A stretch of 58,561 nt of DNA from Clostridia bacterium (GTDB lineage Bacteria > Bacillota > Clostridia > Christensenellales > DTU072): assembly GCA_017533005.1 (NCBI GenBank), contig JAFXIQ010000003.1, forward strand, positions 1-58,561, given 5' to 3'. Numbering within the stretch: the first letter of the stretch is position 1; each line of letters opens with the position of its first letter. A program made the translations under genes and the position numbers. The notes beneath the pieces were generated by a model, which did no database searches, was not told the origin of the DNA, and worked only from the letters and a program-made list of their open reading frames with translations. Below, one piece after another: positions 19,198 through 30,700 of this stretch.

Positions 19198-19225
19198 AAA
19201 AAGCAACTCAGAGAGTTGCTTTTTT
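19198..19225 (+). terminator. Intrinsic terminator
   Basis: AAAAAGCAACTC-AGA-GAGTTGCTTTTT. Confidence 0.8.
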
Positions 19226-19278
19226 CGTATGGACAATGCGTACTTGGCGTGATATAATATTTAATGGTAGGAGTACTT

Positions 19279-20217
19279 ATGGACAAGAAAAGAACGGAAG
19301 ATATTTATAATTACTTAACAAGCTTTATGGGAGAAATCGACTTCCCTTTAGAAGCGCAAAAAGCCATACTTGATTCACTAAAAACGATTATTGAAAACGC
19401 CACTGCAAGCGAAGCGTTTTTCGCGCCTATAGAGCGTTATGAAAGTGGTGAAATCGACAAGTTACTTCCTTATATTTTCAAAGAAAAAAATTCTCCGCTT
19501 AAAAGAGTAAAAGAGCTAACAGCCGTCCACGAATATACGCTTGACATACTACTTTACTTGTGTGCAACGCCCGCACTGGAAAAGCGTTATGAAAACAAAG
19601 GGTTATCTCGCGAGCTATTTGTAAGCGCGATGCGCGACCTTAAGTGCAAACTTATAGAATGCAAAAAAGTCTATGACGTTTGGGGCTCGTTTGTAGCATT
19701 TTGGTTCGACGGCTGGTTTGACATGACGAGATACGCCTTAGGTAGATTGCAATTCGAAATCAAAAAGATGTTTACCTTCTTCTTTTGTGGGGGGAAGTTC
19801 ATTTACCCCGGCAAGCGCTTTTTGAATTTACATATCCCGTCATCGGGCGCATTAAATCACGATGAAGTACTTGCGTCTTACAAGCAAGCGTACGAGTTTT
19901 TTGCACCGCAATTCAAAGAGAAAGAAATATTGTTCGTGACGATGTCTTGGCTACTTTTTAAGGAGCATAAAAAGATGCTACCGGCAGAGTCCAACGTGGT
20001 TAAATTTATGAATGATTTCAAGATTGTTCTCAATTTCAAAGACCCCAAGAACGGCGACTTTTGGCGTGTCTTTAACAAGAACTATGACAAGAAATTAACG
20101 GATTTTGGAGCACAAACAACAATGCAAAAAGCCTACGAAAAACATATAAGAAAAGGCAAAAAAATGGGTGGCGCAATAGGCGCGTTTATCTATGATGGCG
20201 AAACCTTCAAAAAATAA
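19279..20217 (+). CDS. Acyltransferase-like protein (DUF5596/GNAT-like family)
   Basis: YALGRLQFE, LNLHIPSSGAL, SWLL, SNVVKF, FWRVF, TTMQKA; start at ATG 19279 after AGGAG. Confidence 0.65.
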   Translation: MDKKRTEDIYNYLTSFMGEIDFPLEAQKAILDSLKTIIENATASEAFFAPIERYESGEIDKLLPYIFKEKNSPLKRVKELTAVHEYTLDILLYLCATPALEKRYENKGLSRELFVSAMRDLKCKLIECKKVYDVWGSFVAFWFDGWFDMTRYALGRLQFEIKKMFTFFFCGGKFIYPGKRFLNLHIPSSGALNHDEVLASYKQAYEFFAPQFKEKEILFVTMSWLLFKEHKKMLPAESNVVKFMNDFKIVLNFKDPKNGDFWRVFNKNYDKKLTDFGAQTTMQKAYEKHIRKGKKMGGAIGAFIYDGETFKK

Positions 20218-20266
20218 ATAATGGCAATTTAGGATACCATAATGGGATAAATAGAATATCAAATAT

Positions 20267-20298
20267 AAAAAAGGCAATCGCGATGCGATTGCCTTTTT
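20267..20298. terminator. Bidirectional terminator
   Basis: AAAAAGGCAATCGC-GAT-GCGATTGCCTTTTT. Confidence 0.8.
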
Positions 20299-20300
20299 GC

Positions 20301-21791
20301 TTATTGTTTATTATCGGCGTCGGTATTTTTTGCCTTTTTATCTTTAATCTTTTGAACGACTTTGCAGGTGAAGTTCTTGATGTCTTCGAAGGGGTTTCTT
20401 CCACCGAAGGCAAGACATCTATTTTCGGGTAGATTTACTTCTACGACAACCGTCATACAGGCGAGCATAATGAAGAAAGTGGGACCGAAGAAGTTAGTGT
20501 CTATCATACCGTATAGGTCGAATAGGAACAAGCTTATCATGATAGCTAACGATGCTGAATTTTTTCTTAATTCCAAGAAGGTGCGATATCTCCAGAAGTA
20601 GAAGAATACGAATACGATAACACCGCAGATACCCATATTCGCGAATACTTGAAGAATGGTCGAATGGTACCAGTAGGGGGAGTAGTTATCTTTTGCCATT
20701 TCGCCGAGCTTATAGTCCCAACCTGCACCGAATACAGGCCAAGTTTTGAAGGTTTCCATTGCCATGGGGTATAGTCCTTCTACACGACCGGAGCTATTTA
20801 GACCTTTATTCAAAATAGTCGTAATGATTGGCGCGAAAAATTCGCCTTTCAAGGCAACTAGTACTATTGCTAGCGCGAATAAAGTGGTAACGCTAGTTGC
20901 GAACAAGCCTTTATTTTCGGTTTTTGACGCAGTGTAGATGAGCATCAAAGGCAAGAGTAGCGTAGTAAATAGCAACGAACCTCTGCAACCTGAGAAGATT
21001 ATGATTACGTATTCAATGGCTGATGCGACAACGAATAACGGGGTAAACTTGTTCTTTTTCAAGCTGAAATAAAAGCCGGTAGGTACTGCCATAGATAGTA
21101 CGGGAGCAACGTTGTTGGGGCCTGCCCAACCGAGTTTTAGGTTTTTACTAGTTATAGCGGATAGAATATTTTCTTTACCGAGAGATAGATAATAAGTGAT
21201 AGCTTGCGCGCTGATAACGATACCAATGATGAATAGAATTTTTAGCATATATTGCATTAGGTTTGCCTTATTATCTTCGTCAGCTAGGGTAATCATGAAG
21301 AAAGTGTAACCTATAGCGACTAGTATGATTATACCCATACCGGCAACTACTGCGAGTGGATTTTCGTAAGGGCTACCTAGACCACCGAGTGCAAAAGGTA
21401 TAATCAGAGCTATCATACAAGCGTGGAATCCTTTAATCTTCTTCGGGTGTAGCGCGTCGAAATGACGGTGATAGCGCAACAAGTTGTAAATTAATCCCGC
21501 AAAGAGTAGCACGATAAAAACGATTAGTACCCACAAAAAGTCGTCTAAACGGTGACGGTCGTTACTAATCATCATGGTAAACATCATTAAAAAGCACAAT
21601 AATTGTTTAACGCCTTTGTCAAGGAATAAGGATATTACGACCACCGCGAGAAGCGCGCAAAGCATAGGTACCCATATACCGAATGCCCATGCAACGTACG
21701 TCATAACGCCGAAGAAAGCTATAAACCAATCGGACTTAACAAACGCAATAAAAAGATTTTTTGCTTTAACCAGAGCTTCTTTCATTATCAA
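20301..21791 (-). CDS. O-antigen ligase/polymerase-like membrane protein
   Basis: About 12 TM helices, SGCRGS, SSGR, PVFGAG, HSTILQVFANMGICG. Confidence 0.75.
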   Translation of the reverse strand: MIMKEALVKAKNLFIAFVKSDWFIAFFGVMTYVAWAFGIWVPMLCALLAVVVISLFLDKGVKQLLCFLMMFTMMISNDRHRLDDFLWVLIVFIVLLFAGLIYNLLRYHRHFDALHPKKIKGFHACMIALIIPFALGGLGSPYENPLAVVAGMGIIILVAIGYTFFMITLADEDNKANLMQYMLKILFIIGIVISAQAITYYLSLGKENILSAITSKNLKLGWAGPNNVAPVLSMAVPTGFYFSLKKNKFTPLFVVASAIEYVIIIFSGCRGSLLFTTLLLPLMLIYTASKTENKGLFATSVTTLFALAIVLVALKGEFFAPIITTILNKGLNSSGRVEGLYPMAMETFKTWPVFGAGWDYKLGEMAKDNYSPYWYHSTILQVFANMGICGVIVFVFFYFWRYRTFLELRKNSASLAIMISLFLFDLYGMIDTNFFGPTFFIMLACMTVVVEVNLPENRCLAFGGRNPFEDIKNFTCKVVQKIKDKKAKNTDADNKQ

Positions 21792-21892
21792 TCTCCTAAC
21801 GAGCTATTTCTTGAATTATAGCTCTATATGTGAAAATTGTCAATGTAGAGACTGAATTTTGTGTGATAATAGAGCTTTTAAATGACATTTTC

Positions 21893-21921
21893 TTGACAAG
21901 TTGATTTTGTGTGTGTAGTAT
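21893..21921 (+). promoter_or_regulatory. sigmaA promoter of the ABC operon
   Basis: TTGACA-17bp-TAGTAT. Confidence 0.55.
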
Positions 21922-22003
21922 ATATTATGTATAAATATTCGCGCGCGGGCACAAGCGCAAGCGCATTCGTAATATAATATACGAAAGATGAAGGAGCAAA
22001 AAG

Positions 22004-22942
22004 ATGACAAAAAAGAGTGGCAAAAGTACGTACACATGTGAAGTTTGCGGAACTGAAAACAGCATAAAAAATAGAGAATGCAGTTCTTGTGGCGTTGTTC
22101 GCAAGCGCAATAAATTCGTGAAATCGTTGAAAAAAGCAAGCGACGTAAAAGAAAGTTTTGTTTTTTCAACAAGCGTAAGTACGGAGCCAAACGCTGTTAA
22201 AAAAGCTAAAAATGGTGCGCCTTTAGAAGTAAAAGGCTTATCAAAAAAATACAGTTCAAAAGCTAATTTTGCTATAAAGGACATTTCTTTCACTTGTAAC
22301 GAAGGTGAAATCGTTGGACTTCTTGGTGCAAACGGAGCAGGCAAGTCTACTTCTCTTAAGTGCATAACCGGTATGATACCTTTGACGGAAGGCGAAATTC
22401 GTATTTTAGGTTATGATATTTCTAAAAACCCCGTCGAAGCAAAATCACAATTTTCTTTTGTAAACGACAATCACGCAACGTTTGTGAAAATGACGGGGCT
22501 TCAATATATTACTTTTATGGCGGACGTTTACAAGGTTTCAAAAGCCGATAGGGAGAGAAGACTTCGCTATTTAGAAGAAGTATTTTGTCTAGGCGACGGA
22601 ATAAATAGACTAATTTGCAACTATTCACACGGCATGAAACAAAAAATATGTATGATGGGCTCGCTTATTCACCAACCCGACCTATGGATACTTGACGAAC
22701 CGATGGTAGGTTTGGACCCCAGAACGCAAGGCGCTGTTATTAAGTTCATGCACGACTACGTAGGACAAGGTAAAACCATACTTTTCTCTACCCATAATTT
22801 GGACGTTGTACGTAGAATATGCGATAGAGTAGTGATAATAAATAAGGGAACGCTAATAGCCGACCTAGAAATTACAGAAGAAATGAGAAACGATAATACC
22901 ACTATCGAGTCGTATTACTTTTCTGACGGAGATATGCAATAA
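22004..22942 (+). CDS. ABC transporter ATP-binding protein with an N-terminal RanBP2-type zinc finger
   Basis: GANGAGKST, YSHGMKQK, ILDEPMVGLD, STH; N-terminal YTCEVCGTENSIKNRECSSC. Confidence 0.9.
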   Translation: MTKKSGKSTYTCEVCGTENSIKNRECSSCGVVRKRNKFVKSLKKASDVKESFVFSTSVSTEPNAVKKAKNGAPLEVKGLSKKYSSKANFAIKDISFTCNEGEIVGLLGANGAGKSTSLKCITGMIPLTEGEIRILGYDISKNPVEAKSQFSFVNDNHATFVKMTGLQYITFMADVYKVSKADRERRLRYLEEVFCLGDGINRLICNYSHGMKQKICMMGSLIHQPDLWILDEPMVGLDPRTQGAVIKFMHDYVGQGKTILFSTHNLDVVRRICDRVVIINKGTLIADLEITEEMRNDNTTIESYYFSDGDMQ

Positions 22943-24603
22943 TGCTCAGAGTATTACTAAAAAAACAGATGCTCGAGCATCTATCGGTATTTAAGAAAAA
23001 CCGCAAGAACATCGACTTTGTGGGGATTTTGCTCACTATTTTGTTGGCAGGAATAACCATTTTTGTCGTATCTGCAGTTTTTAGTCAGTTCATAGAGAAG
23101 TATTGTGCTATTCGATTGGAGAATATTCTCGACGTTAACGCACGTTATTATGAAATTATGACGATTTTATACGAATGCGTATTTATCGTTAGCAGTTTTG
23201 GTGCGACTTCACAACTTGCAAGAGCGATTTTTGAGAACGATGACAGGAACGTACTTATAACGCTTCCCATTAAGTCTTATACTATTTTCCTATCGAAAAT
23301 CGTATCGATATATTTTTCACAAGCGATACTTTCTCTATGTGTATCGATACCGTTGGTAGTTATCTTTACTACGGTAGTCGGTGGAAGCACAAGCATAATA
23401 CTTTTGTCGGTACTTGCGGGCTTTATTATTCCCGTAATTTCTCTAGCAGTAGCGTCGGTATTATGCCTACCATTCTATTTCATTAAGCGAATGTTACAAT
23501 CGAAATACGTAGTGTTTTTGTTAGTAATAACTGCAATATGCGCTGTCGCTTTTTGGGGATATTCCAGAATTTTAAGATTTTTCGAAGGCATTATGACTTC
23601 GGGAGAAATACAATTTTTCTTCTCCGAAAAAGTTATGGAAACCATAATAAGCTTAACAAACTCGTTAGTGCCAGCTAATTATTTAGCACGCCTAGTATTG
23701 AGTATTGAACCTTTGAAAAACGCCGGAATACTACTTGCAATCGTAGTGGGATTAGGAGTTTTCGCATTCTTATTAGTTTACTTTTTGTACAACAAAGCGG
23801 TTAAGATAAGAGTACAAAACAGCGATGGAATTTTCTTCGCGCCTAAAAAACTCGGAGCACCGCGTTCGATTATTTTCAGATTATTTGAGAAAGAGCTCGG
23901 TTCTATTATGTTCACCCCCGACTATGCTTTCCAATATTTGTCAGTAGCAGCAATCTTACCTATAATGGTATACTTTTGTATGGAAATCGGCGCGAAGATG
24001 CTTCTTTCCGTCGTGCATATAGAAGCCAACTTCGAAATAGCTATTTTCTTGACGCTACTATTCGGTGCGCTCACGAATACTTTCTGTGCGATAAATATCA
24101 GCCGTGAAGGTCCTTCGTTCTATATGCAAAAGACGCTACCGATTAAACATTTACAGTTTATCGGCGTTAAAATCGTGTTGAATTTCATAGTAAGCGTAAT
24201 TTCCGTAGGTGTAAGCACGATAGTGATAACGAGTTTAGGCTATGTAGCGATTGTAGAAGGCGTATTTATATTCTTCGTTGGCATAGTTATGAGCCTTGCG
24301 CAAATATGTTTTGCGACAAAACTAGACTTGAATCATCCACATTTTTCTACGGAAGAAGACAATACGGTTAAAGAGAGCAATTCTAACGTATCGGTTATCA
24401 TAATACTTGGAATGGTATTCTCGGTTATTTTAGGAGGCGTACCGCTTTTTGCAAAAGTAATGACCTTCTTTGATAATCCCATACCTGGATATTTGACGTA
24501 CCTATTCGTAGGAGGCGTATCGTTACTGATACTTTTAGGTTCGCTTCTATACACGTTTATTGGCTTAAAAGCTAAGTTTGATAGAATATCGGAGGGCGAT
24601 TAA
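22942..24603 (+). CDS. ABC-2 type permease
   Basis: About 14 TM helices, LITLPIK..IFLSK, ISREG..FY.QKTLPI; translationally coupled to the ATPase. Confidence 0.8.
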   Translation: MLRVLLKKQMLEHLSVFKKNRKNIDFVGILLTILLAGITIFVVSAVFSQFIEKYCAIRLENILDVNARYYEIMTILYECVFIVSSFGATSQLARAIFENDDRNVLITLPIKSYTIFLSKIVSIYFSQAILSLCVSIPLVVIFTTVVGGSTSIILLSVLAGFIIPVISLAVASVLCLPFYFIKRMLQSKYVVFLLVITAICAVAFWGYSRILRFFEGIMTSGEIQFFFSEKVMETIISLTNSLVPANYLARLVLSIEPLKNAGILLAIVVGLGVFAFLLVYFLYNKAVKIRVQNSDGIFFAPKKLGAPRSIIFRLFEKELGSIMFTPDYAFQYLSVAAILPIMVYFCMEIGAKMLLSVVHIEANFEIAIFLTLLFGALTNTFCAINISREGPSFYMQKTLPIKHLQFIGVKIVLNFIVSVISVGVSTIVITSLGYVAIVEGVFIFFVGIVMSLAQICFATKLDLNHPHFSTEEDNTVKESNSNVSVIIILGMVFSVILGGVPLFAKVMTFFDNPIPGYLTYLFVGGVSLLILLGSLLYTFIGLKAKFDRISEGD

Positions 24604-24604
24604 T

Positions 24605-27600
24605 ATGAAGAAAAAGATAATTGCACTCATTTTAATAATCCCTTTGTTGTTCTTGGTAACGCTTTTTTCAGTTAGTAAAGTTGCGGGAATATTCACGGAA
24701 ATCCCCGCTTCAGGCATAAAAATAACCACGCAAAACGATGACGGGCTCATATATCTTGATATGGCAAGATATGAAAAAGACATCTACCTAAAGGCGGAAG
24801 TCGAGCCACAAAACGCAAAAAATAAGGAGTATTCTTTTGAAATCAGCAAGGTTGATGAAGAAACCGCACTTGCTGACGTAGAAATAGCTAGCGACGGCTT
24901 GCTCATAGTTAGGGGTGAGGGTAAAGCGAAGATAACGGCAATTTCCGCGGATAAAGGCTTTACCGATAGCGTAATACTATCCGTTTACAGCAGTAAAATC
25001 CTATCCATTACACCTTATGTTAAGACGTTTGTCGGTGAAGACGTTGCGCTTCAACAAGTAGGCGATTCCGAGTATAACGTAACGCTTGCTAGTGGCGAAT
25101 ACGAATTTGGTAGCATAATTGAACCTAACGCATTGTCGGATAGCGCCGTATCTTGGGTTAGCGACGATACGTCGGTCGTTAGCATTGACGAAGTAACAGG
25201 CCGTGCAAAAGCTAGACTTTCGGGTTCTTCAAAGGTTAGCGTAATTTCTACGAACGGTATAAACGGAGTAATCACCAAGACCATTAATGTCAGCGTTCCA
25301 TATTCAGGTGGCGCATCGGGAATGAGCATAGAAGGAAAAGTAGACAATACGCTAGTATTCTCAAAAGGTAGAAACGAAGTTTCTTTCTATCTTGAGCTTG
25401 AACACGCTAATATAGAACTTGGCGAAACACAATTTTTAGGAATAACCGGAGTAGGCGCAGGGGAAATCATAAACCAAGAATACGTAATGCTTGACGACGT
25501 AGGCAAGAAGTTTGAAATCATACTAACCTTGAGTGATAATCCAGATAGAACCAACCTTGAGTTGTTAATTAATCTACCCGGCAAGGCAGAAAAGAGCGAA
25601 TTAGAACTAATATTTAACGAGTTTAAGTTTGACGTTTACAATAAATATCACTTAACGGGAGACAACGTTATTTATCAAAAGATTGAGAACGAAGTCGTAT
25701 ACACTGCATTTGGTGAACCCTCGGATAAAGAAGTAACGTACGTATGGGACGGTTCGGGATTAAATATTAAGACGAGCAAAAAAGGCGCCGTAGCTAATAT
25801 AACAGCTCCGGGAACGGGCGATTATGCGCTTACCGTTTCGGCGTACGAAAAAGGCAAGTTGATATACACTAAGACCAAGACTATCAGTGTAGTGAGGGGA
25901 ATTCAATCTATAGAGTTTATTGATAATACAAAGACTTACGGCGTAGAAAATATTCTAGCCATCGGCGATACCGAAATGGATGCTAGTGGACCTAAGACGC
26001 ATAGACACGAATTAAAGATGAACATAAAGTACACGGACGGTACGCTTTCATCTTATACAGGGGAAGATATAACCTTCTCAACGTCGAATTCAAAGGCAGT
26101 AAGTTTATTCCAAACCGCTAACGAATTCCGTGTCGTTATAAAGGGAGACGGACTTGCTACTATAGGTGCTAAGTGGGAATATGGAGAGTATTTCAATCAA
26201 GACGTTAAGACGTCGATAACCGTACGTGGCGTAAAAGACGGCATGATGGTAGACTCTTACGAAAAGATTAAGAGAGCAGAAAAAGAAGGTGTACCTATCG
26301 TACTAACGGCAGACGTTATGCTCGGTTGGAAAGATATGAACGAGAGTGAACTTAAGGCCTCGGCAAGCAAAATGCCTACCGATTACGACTGGACTTTCTA
26401 CAAGAACACGGATATAAATAATGAAGTTGACGTCGTACATCCAGAAGTCTATTATCTACTCGAATTCAAAGACGACGTTTATGGTAACGGCTACACGATA
26501 AACGCCGATAACTTCACTATGGCAAGGGATAAAGTAGGCAACCCCAAACTTTTCAAAGGCCCCTTGAACTTCGTAGCAGCAGCAGGCGCTAGCGTAAAAG
26601 CTCAAGACAATATTGTTTTCCTAGTAAGAAACGATGGCGTCACTATCAATAACGTCAACCTACTAGGATGCTCGAACGAGAGTTTAATAGATGAAGAAAA
26701 CGGTGGTATAGATTTAACGCGATTGAATTACGCGGGAACTACACTAGAAATTTCTGCCGATAATTGCAACTTGATTAATAGTAGAGTAAGCAACGGCAGA
26801 ACCGTCGTTAGAGTTTTCGGTGGAGAAACCACTAACGGCACTCCGATAGTAGAGAACTTTAACGAATTTGATATTAACGATGAACGTATCCACGTTAATA
26901 TCGAGAGCTCGATTTTGACGGGCGCAAGAGAGTTTATATTGAAAATTGGCTCTAATAGGGCGATTTTACCACCGAAATATCCTAATATGGACGCGTATCA
27001 ACAACGTGCATTCTTTGATGGAAACGGTAATGCGTACGATGCTATGAACAAGAACAATTATAGGGATAGCGAGTTCTACAACAAGTACGTTATAACCGAC
27101 GTAATCCTTAAGAATTCAGTATTAGAGAACTCGGGACTATTATCTATTGGTATGGAAACGCACTTCTCGGGCTCAATGCTAGACGGTTATAGCTTATTCC
27201 CGAAGATTTGGAATAGATGTTCAGCAACGTCGTTCGCTAGCGTATTGAGAATGGAAGGCGAAGTCAAGATGTACGATTGGAAGAAGCTCGATAACGTAGA
27301 TAGCTCCACGCTAATAGAAACCGAAGCCGGCGCAAGAGAATTCTTAACGCTACGTATTGCGGATATGCTCAAAAAGGTCGCAGAAGTTAAACCAGAATGT
27401 GCAAACATCATAACCGAAGTAAACGGACAAGATTATTTGCATGGTGGAATTGCATTTTATGGTGGCGGATACAACTATTCTTGCATAGATATGGATAAGT
27501 TTAATGGCGAAAAACTCTCTCGTTACAACATAAACATTAGCGTGTTGGCAGAGGGAGTAACGAACGTCAACGACCCGTTGTACTCACAAGGTACGTATTT

Positions 27601-27733
27601 ACCGCTAGCAGCAGGTAAAGAACCCTTTACGTTCTATATGTATAATAAAGATTCAGTAACCAATTATGACAAACAAGTTGCCGATATCGCATCTGGTAAC
27701 GCTTACAAATTACCTATAGCAGTTATAGGTTAA
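24605..27733 (+). CDS. Large exported protein with Ig-like (Big_2-like) repeats and a probable C-terminal beta-helix
   Basis: N-terminal MKKKIIALILIIPLLFL; VSWVSDDTSVVSID..G and TFSTSNSKAV Ig motifs; DVYGNGYTINA. Confidence 0.7.
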   Translation: MKKKIIALILIIPLLFLVTLFSVSKVAGIFTEIPASGIKITTQNDDGLIYLDMARYEKDIYLKAEVEPQNAKNKEYSFEISKVDEETALADVEIASDGLLIVRGEGKAKITAISADKGFTDSVILSVYSSKILSITPYVKTFVGEDVALQQVGDSEYNVTLASGEYEFGSIIEPNALSDSAVSWVSDDTSVVSIDEVTGRAKARLSGSSKVSVISTNGINGVITKTINVSVPYSGGASGMSIEGKVDNTLVFSKGRNEVSFYLELEHANIELGETQFLGITGVGAGEIINQEYVMLDDVGKKFEIILTLSDNPDRTNLELLINLPGKAEKSELELIFNEFKFDVYNKYHLTGDNVIYQKIENEVVYTAFGEPSDKEVTYVWDGSGLNIKTSKKGAVANITAPGTGDYALTVSAYEKGKLIYTKTKTISVVRGIQSIEFIDNTKTYGVENILAIGDTEMDASGPKTHRHELKMNIKYTDGTLSSYTGEDITFSTSNSKAVSLFQTANEFRVVIKGDGLATIGAKWEYGEYFNQDVKTSITVRGVKDGMMVDSYEKIKRAEKEGVPIVLTADVMLGWKDMNESELKASASKMPTDYDWTFYKNTDINNEVDVVHPEVYYLLEFKDDVYGNGYTINADNFTMARDKVGNPKLFKGPLNFVAAAGASVKAQDNIVFLVRNDGVTINNVNLLGCSNESLIDEENGGIDLTRLNYAGTTLEISADNCNLINSRVSNGRTVVRVFGGETTNGTPIVENFNEFDINDERIHVNIESSILTGAREFILKIGSNRAILPPKYPNMDAYQQRAFFDGNGNAYDAMNKNNYRDSEFYNKYVITDVILKNSVLENSGLLSIGMETHFSGSMLDGYSLFPKIWNRCSATSFASVLRMEGEVKMYDWKKLDNVDSSTLIETEAGAREFLTLRIADMLKKVAEVKPECANIITEVNGQDYLHGGIAFYGGGYNYSCIDMDKFNGEKLSRYNINISVLAEGVTNVNDPLYSQGTYLPLAAGKEPFTFYMYNKDSVTNYDKQVADIASGNAYKLPIAVIG

Positions 27734-27746
27734 ACAGGAGAAAACT

Positions 27747-30700
27747 ATGAAAAACTTTAGCAAAAAATTGTTAATTTTACTAGTGCTGATGCTCATTGCA
27801 ATTACTGCAATGACAGCGTTCGCATGTGGGGAAGAAGAGGAGGACACCAATCCTACACCGTCACAATCAGGTAAAATCGTAGTTTTACAAGACGGCGATA
27901 ATATCTTGAAAATGCTTGACGATATTAGTGAGTTGTCAGAATACATTCCCACGATAAGCGACCCATCGCTAGGTTTTTACGGTTGGTACGTAGATAAGGC
28001 TCTCAGCCAAGAATACGATGGCAGTCAAGACGTATCTACGCTATATGCTAAATGGATTAAGAAGACTTTCACCGTCAAATTCTTGAACTATGACGGCACG
28101 GTACTTCCCGTTAACGGAAACAACACGCAAATCATAGAATACGGCGAGAGTGCTATAGCCCCCGAAACTCCCACCAAACCGGGCGTAGAGTTTACAGGTT
28201 GGAACGTTCCTTTTGATAACGTTACTTCGAATTTAACGGTTATGGCAACGTTCTCTAGCGAGCCACAATTTTTGACGTTCTATGCGGAGGACGGCACGGA
28301 GATATTTAGCCAAAAATTCGTAGAAGGCGCCAACGTAACGAGCTATTTTAACGCTCAACTCGTTCGCGCGGAAGAACTTCTTCCGGGTGGTATCGAGTTT
28401 GATACTTGGTGTACGGACGAAGCTCGTGAAGTAGCCTTTACGGAAACCGATGAAATCATAATGAGTAGCGCACCGCTTACTTTGTATGCGCGTGCAAAGA
28501 TGAAGAACATCGAGCAACTCAAGATTATACCTTCTAGAAACGACTTCAGATACGATAGAGGCGGTTTCGATTTAGTAGCAGATTTCTTGGATTACAAAGA
28601 GCTTCAATACAACTATAAGTGGTATAAAGCTAACAAGCCGGGAGAAATTTTATACGAAAGCAATAGTGCAACCTTTGCTGTTCCTTGTCAAGACGCAGGC
28701 GAGCACGTATTTGTCGTAGAAGTTACCGCTAGTTACAAAAATTACGCACCCAAGGTATCGGTTGCAGAAGGAATTGTCAATATAGAATTAGGCAAACTCG
28801 AAGGAATATCCGTTGAAGGCAACGAAGTTAACTATACAGGAACCAATCATACTATAGTGGTTAACGGAACCTTCCCCGATGACAGTATAACGTATAGAAT
28901 AAAGGGCGAAACGAGCTATTCAGACCTACCCATAAAGGACGCAGGCGAATATGAAATCGAAACGCGCGTAGAAAGAAAGAACTACGAACCTATTGAATTC
29001 ACAGCTAATGAATTCAACTCAAAAATTCTTAAAATCAACAAAATAGGTCTTACCTTGACGGCGGACAACAAGAGCATTGAATATGGTAAGAACCCACCTA
29101 AATACTCATTTGTATCAAACGGATTGGTAAACGGTGAAACAATCGAGAGTATTGATGCAGAAGTAACAGTAAGTTGCGCATACGAAAAGGGCAACAAGGT
29201 TGATAATTACGATATTGAGATTAAGTGTTCAACACTTACTAACTATAACGTAACGCTCGTTAACGGCAAGTTGGAAGTATCTAAAATTAGTCTTACAATC
29301 AACGTTAAGAGTATGAGTAGCACGTACGGAGATAAAGTACCTACTTACGATTGCACGTTTGTTGGGCTAGACAAGACCAATGCTAACGAAGAAGCCCTTG
29401 TAAGAAATGGTATTAAGTTCGTATGCGAATACGCACAAGGTAGCAAGGCAGGAACGTATACAGTAACGGCACAAGTAGCTCTCGACAACTACAACGCAAC
29501 AGTAGTTGACGGACAGTTGACGGTAAATAAAAAGGACGTAACCGTTACGGCTTCTGCAGAAAAGACCAAGATTATTTACGGCGAATCTGCACCGAATTAC
29601 ACGTATACGATTTCAGGTCTTGTATTGGGCGAGAGTGTTAACTATGCGTTTGGCAAGGAACCCACGCTTTCATGTGGTTATAATCAGGAAGACCCGAACA
29701 ATCGTATCGTAAAAGACTACAGCATCGTAGCGTCAGGACTTGTTTCTGATAATTATAACGTTAAATACGTAAACGGCACTTTGAGGGTAATCAAAAAGGA
29801 ATTAGTGCTAACTCCGATAGACCAAACCATTCAATATGGTGACGCCGCACCTAAAGCAAGTGCAGATACGATTAAAGCAGAAGGACTCCAATACGGAGAA
29901 ATTTTACCATACACCAGCATAGGCTTGTTTATTACCAACACTGAAACCGTTCAATCTTACAAGAAAGGTGACAAAATTGGTTCGAATTACGATATCAGCT
30001 TGGGAACTTATGCTACTAACAACTATTACGTAGTTTATAATAACGCAATACTTACCGTTGAACCGAGAGAACTAAAGGTTAGCGTACTTCCTATGACCAT
30101 AGTATATGGTGATGAAATAAAAGAAGAAGACGTTAAACTCGTATTCGAAGGCTTCTATGGAAGAGAAGACGAGAGCGTTTTGAACTTTGCTGGAATGCAA
30201 ATTCTAGGTTATACCGCAGGTGATTCTGTAGACAAGAAATACGGTTTAAGCGTAGAGGGCATTACGTCCGAGAACTATAATATTGTTTGTGAAGACGTTG
30301 GAGAACAACTTACGGTTATTAAACGTGATTTAAGTATAACCATAAGAGCGTACGACGATATTAAAGCTAATCCTTGGAGTCACGCGATTAGTGTTTCTGA
30401 CGCCAAGACTCACATAACTATTGGCAACTTATATGAATTCGACGCGATTAACGGAACGCTTGCAACCGATTCAGGCGAGTTCGGTTCTTACATCTTCAAA
30501 GGCGAAACGTTAGGCGGACAATTCAGTTGGGCAGAAGCTATTTCTATTTCTAGAAACGACGTTTCAACGCTTGATAACTACAACGTAAGCTACGACTTGC
30601 AAGTTGAAATCGGCACTTACGGTATGTTGATTAGTGAAAAAGAAACCTACTATGACGGAAACTCACACACGCTATCCGTAGAGAGCTTCTACGAGAATGC

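Noticed and set aside
16866-19225. Prophage or ICE
   Set aside because: No integrase, transposase, att repeats or structural genes were seen.
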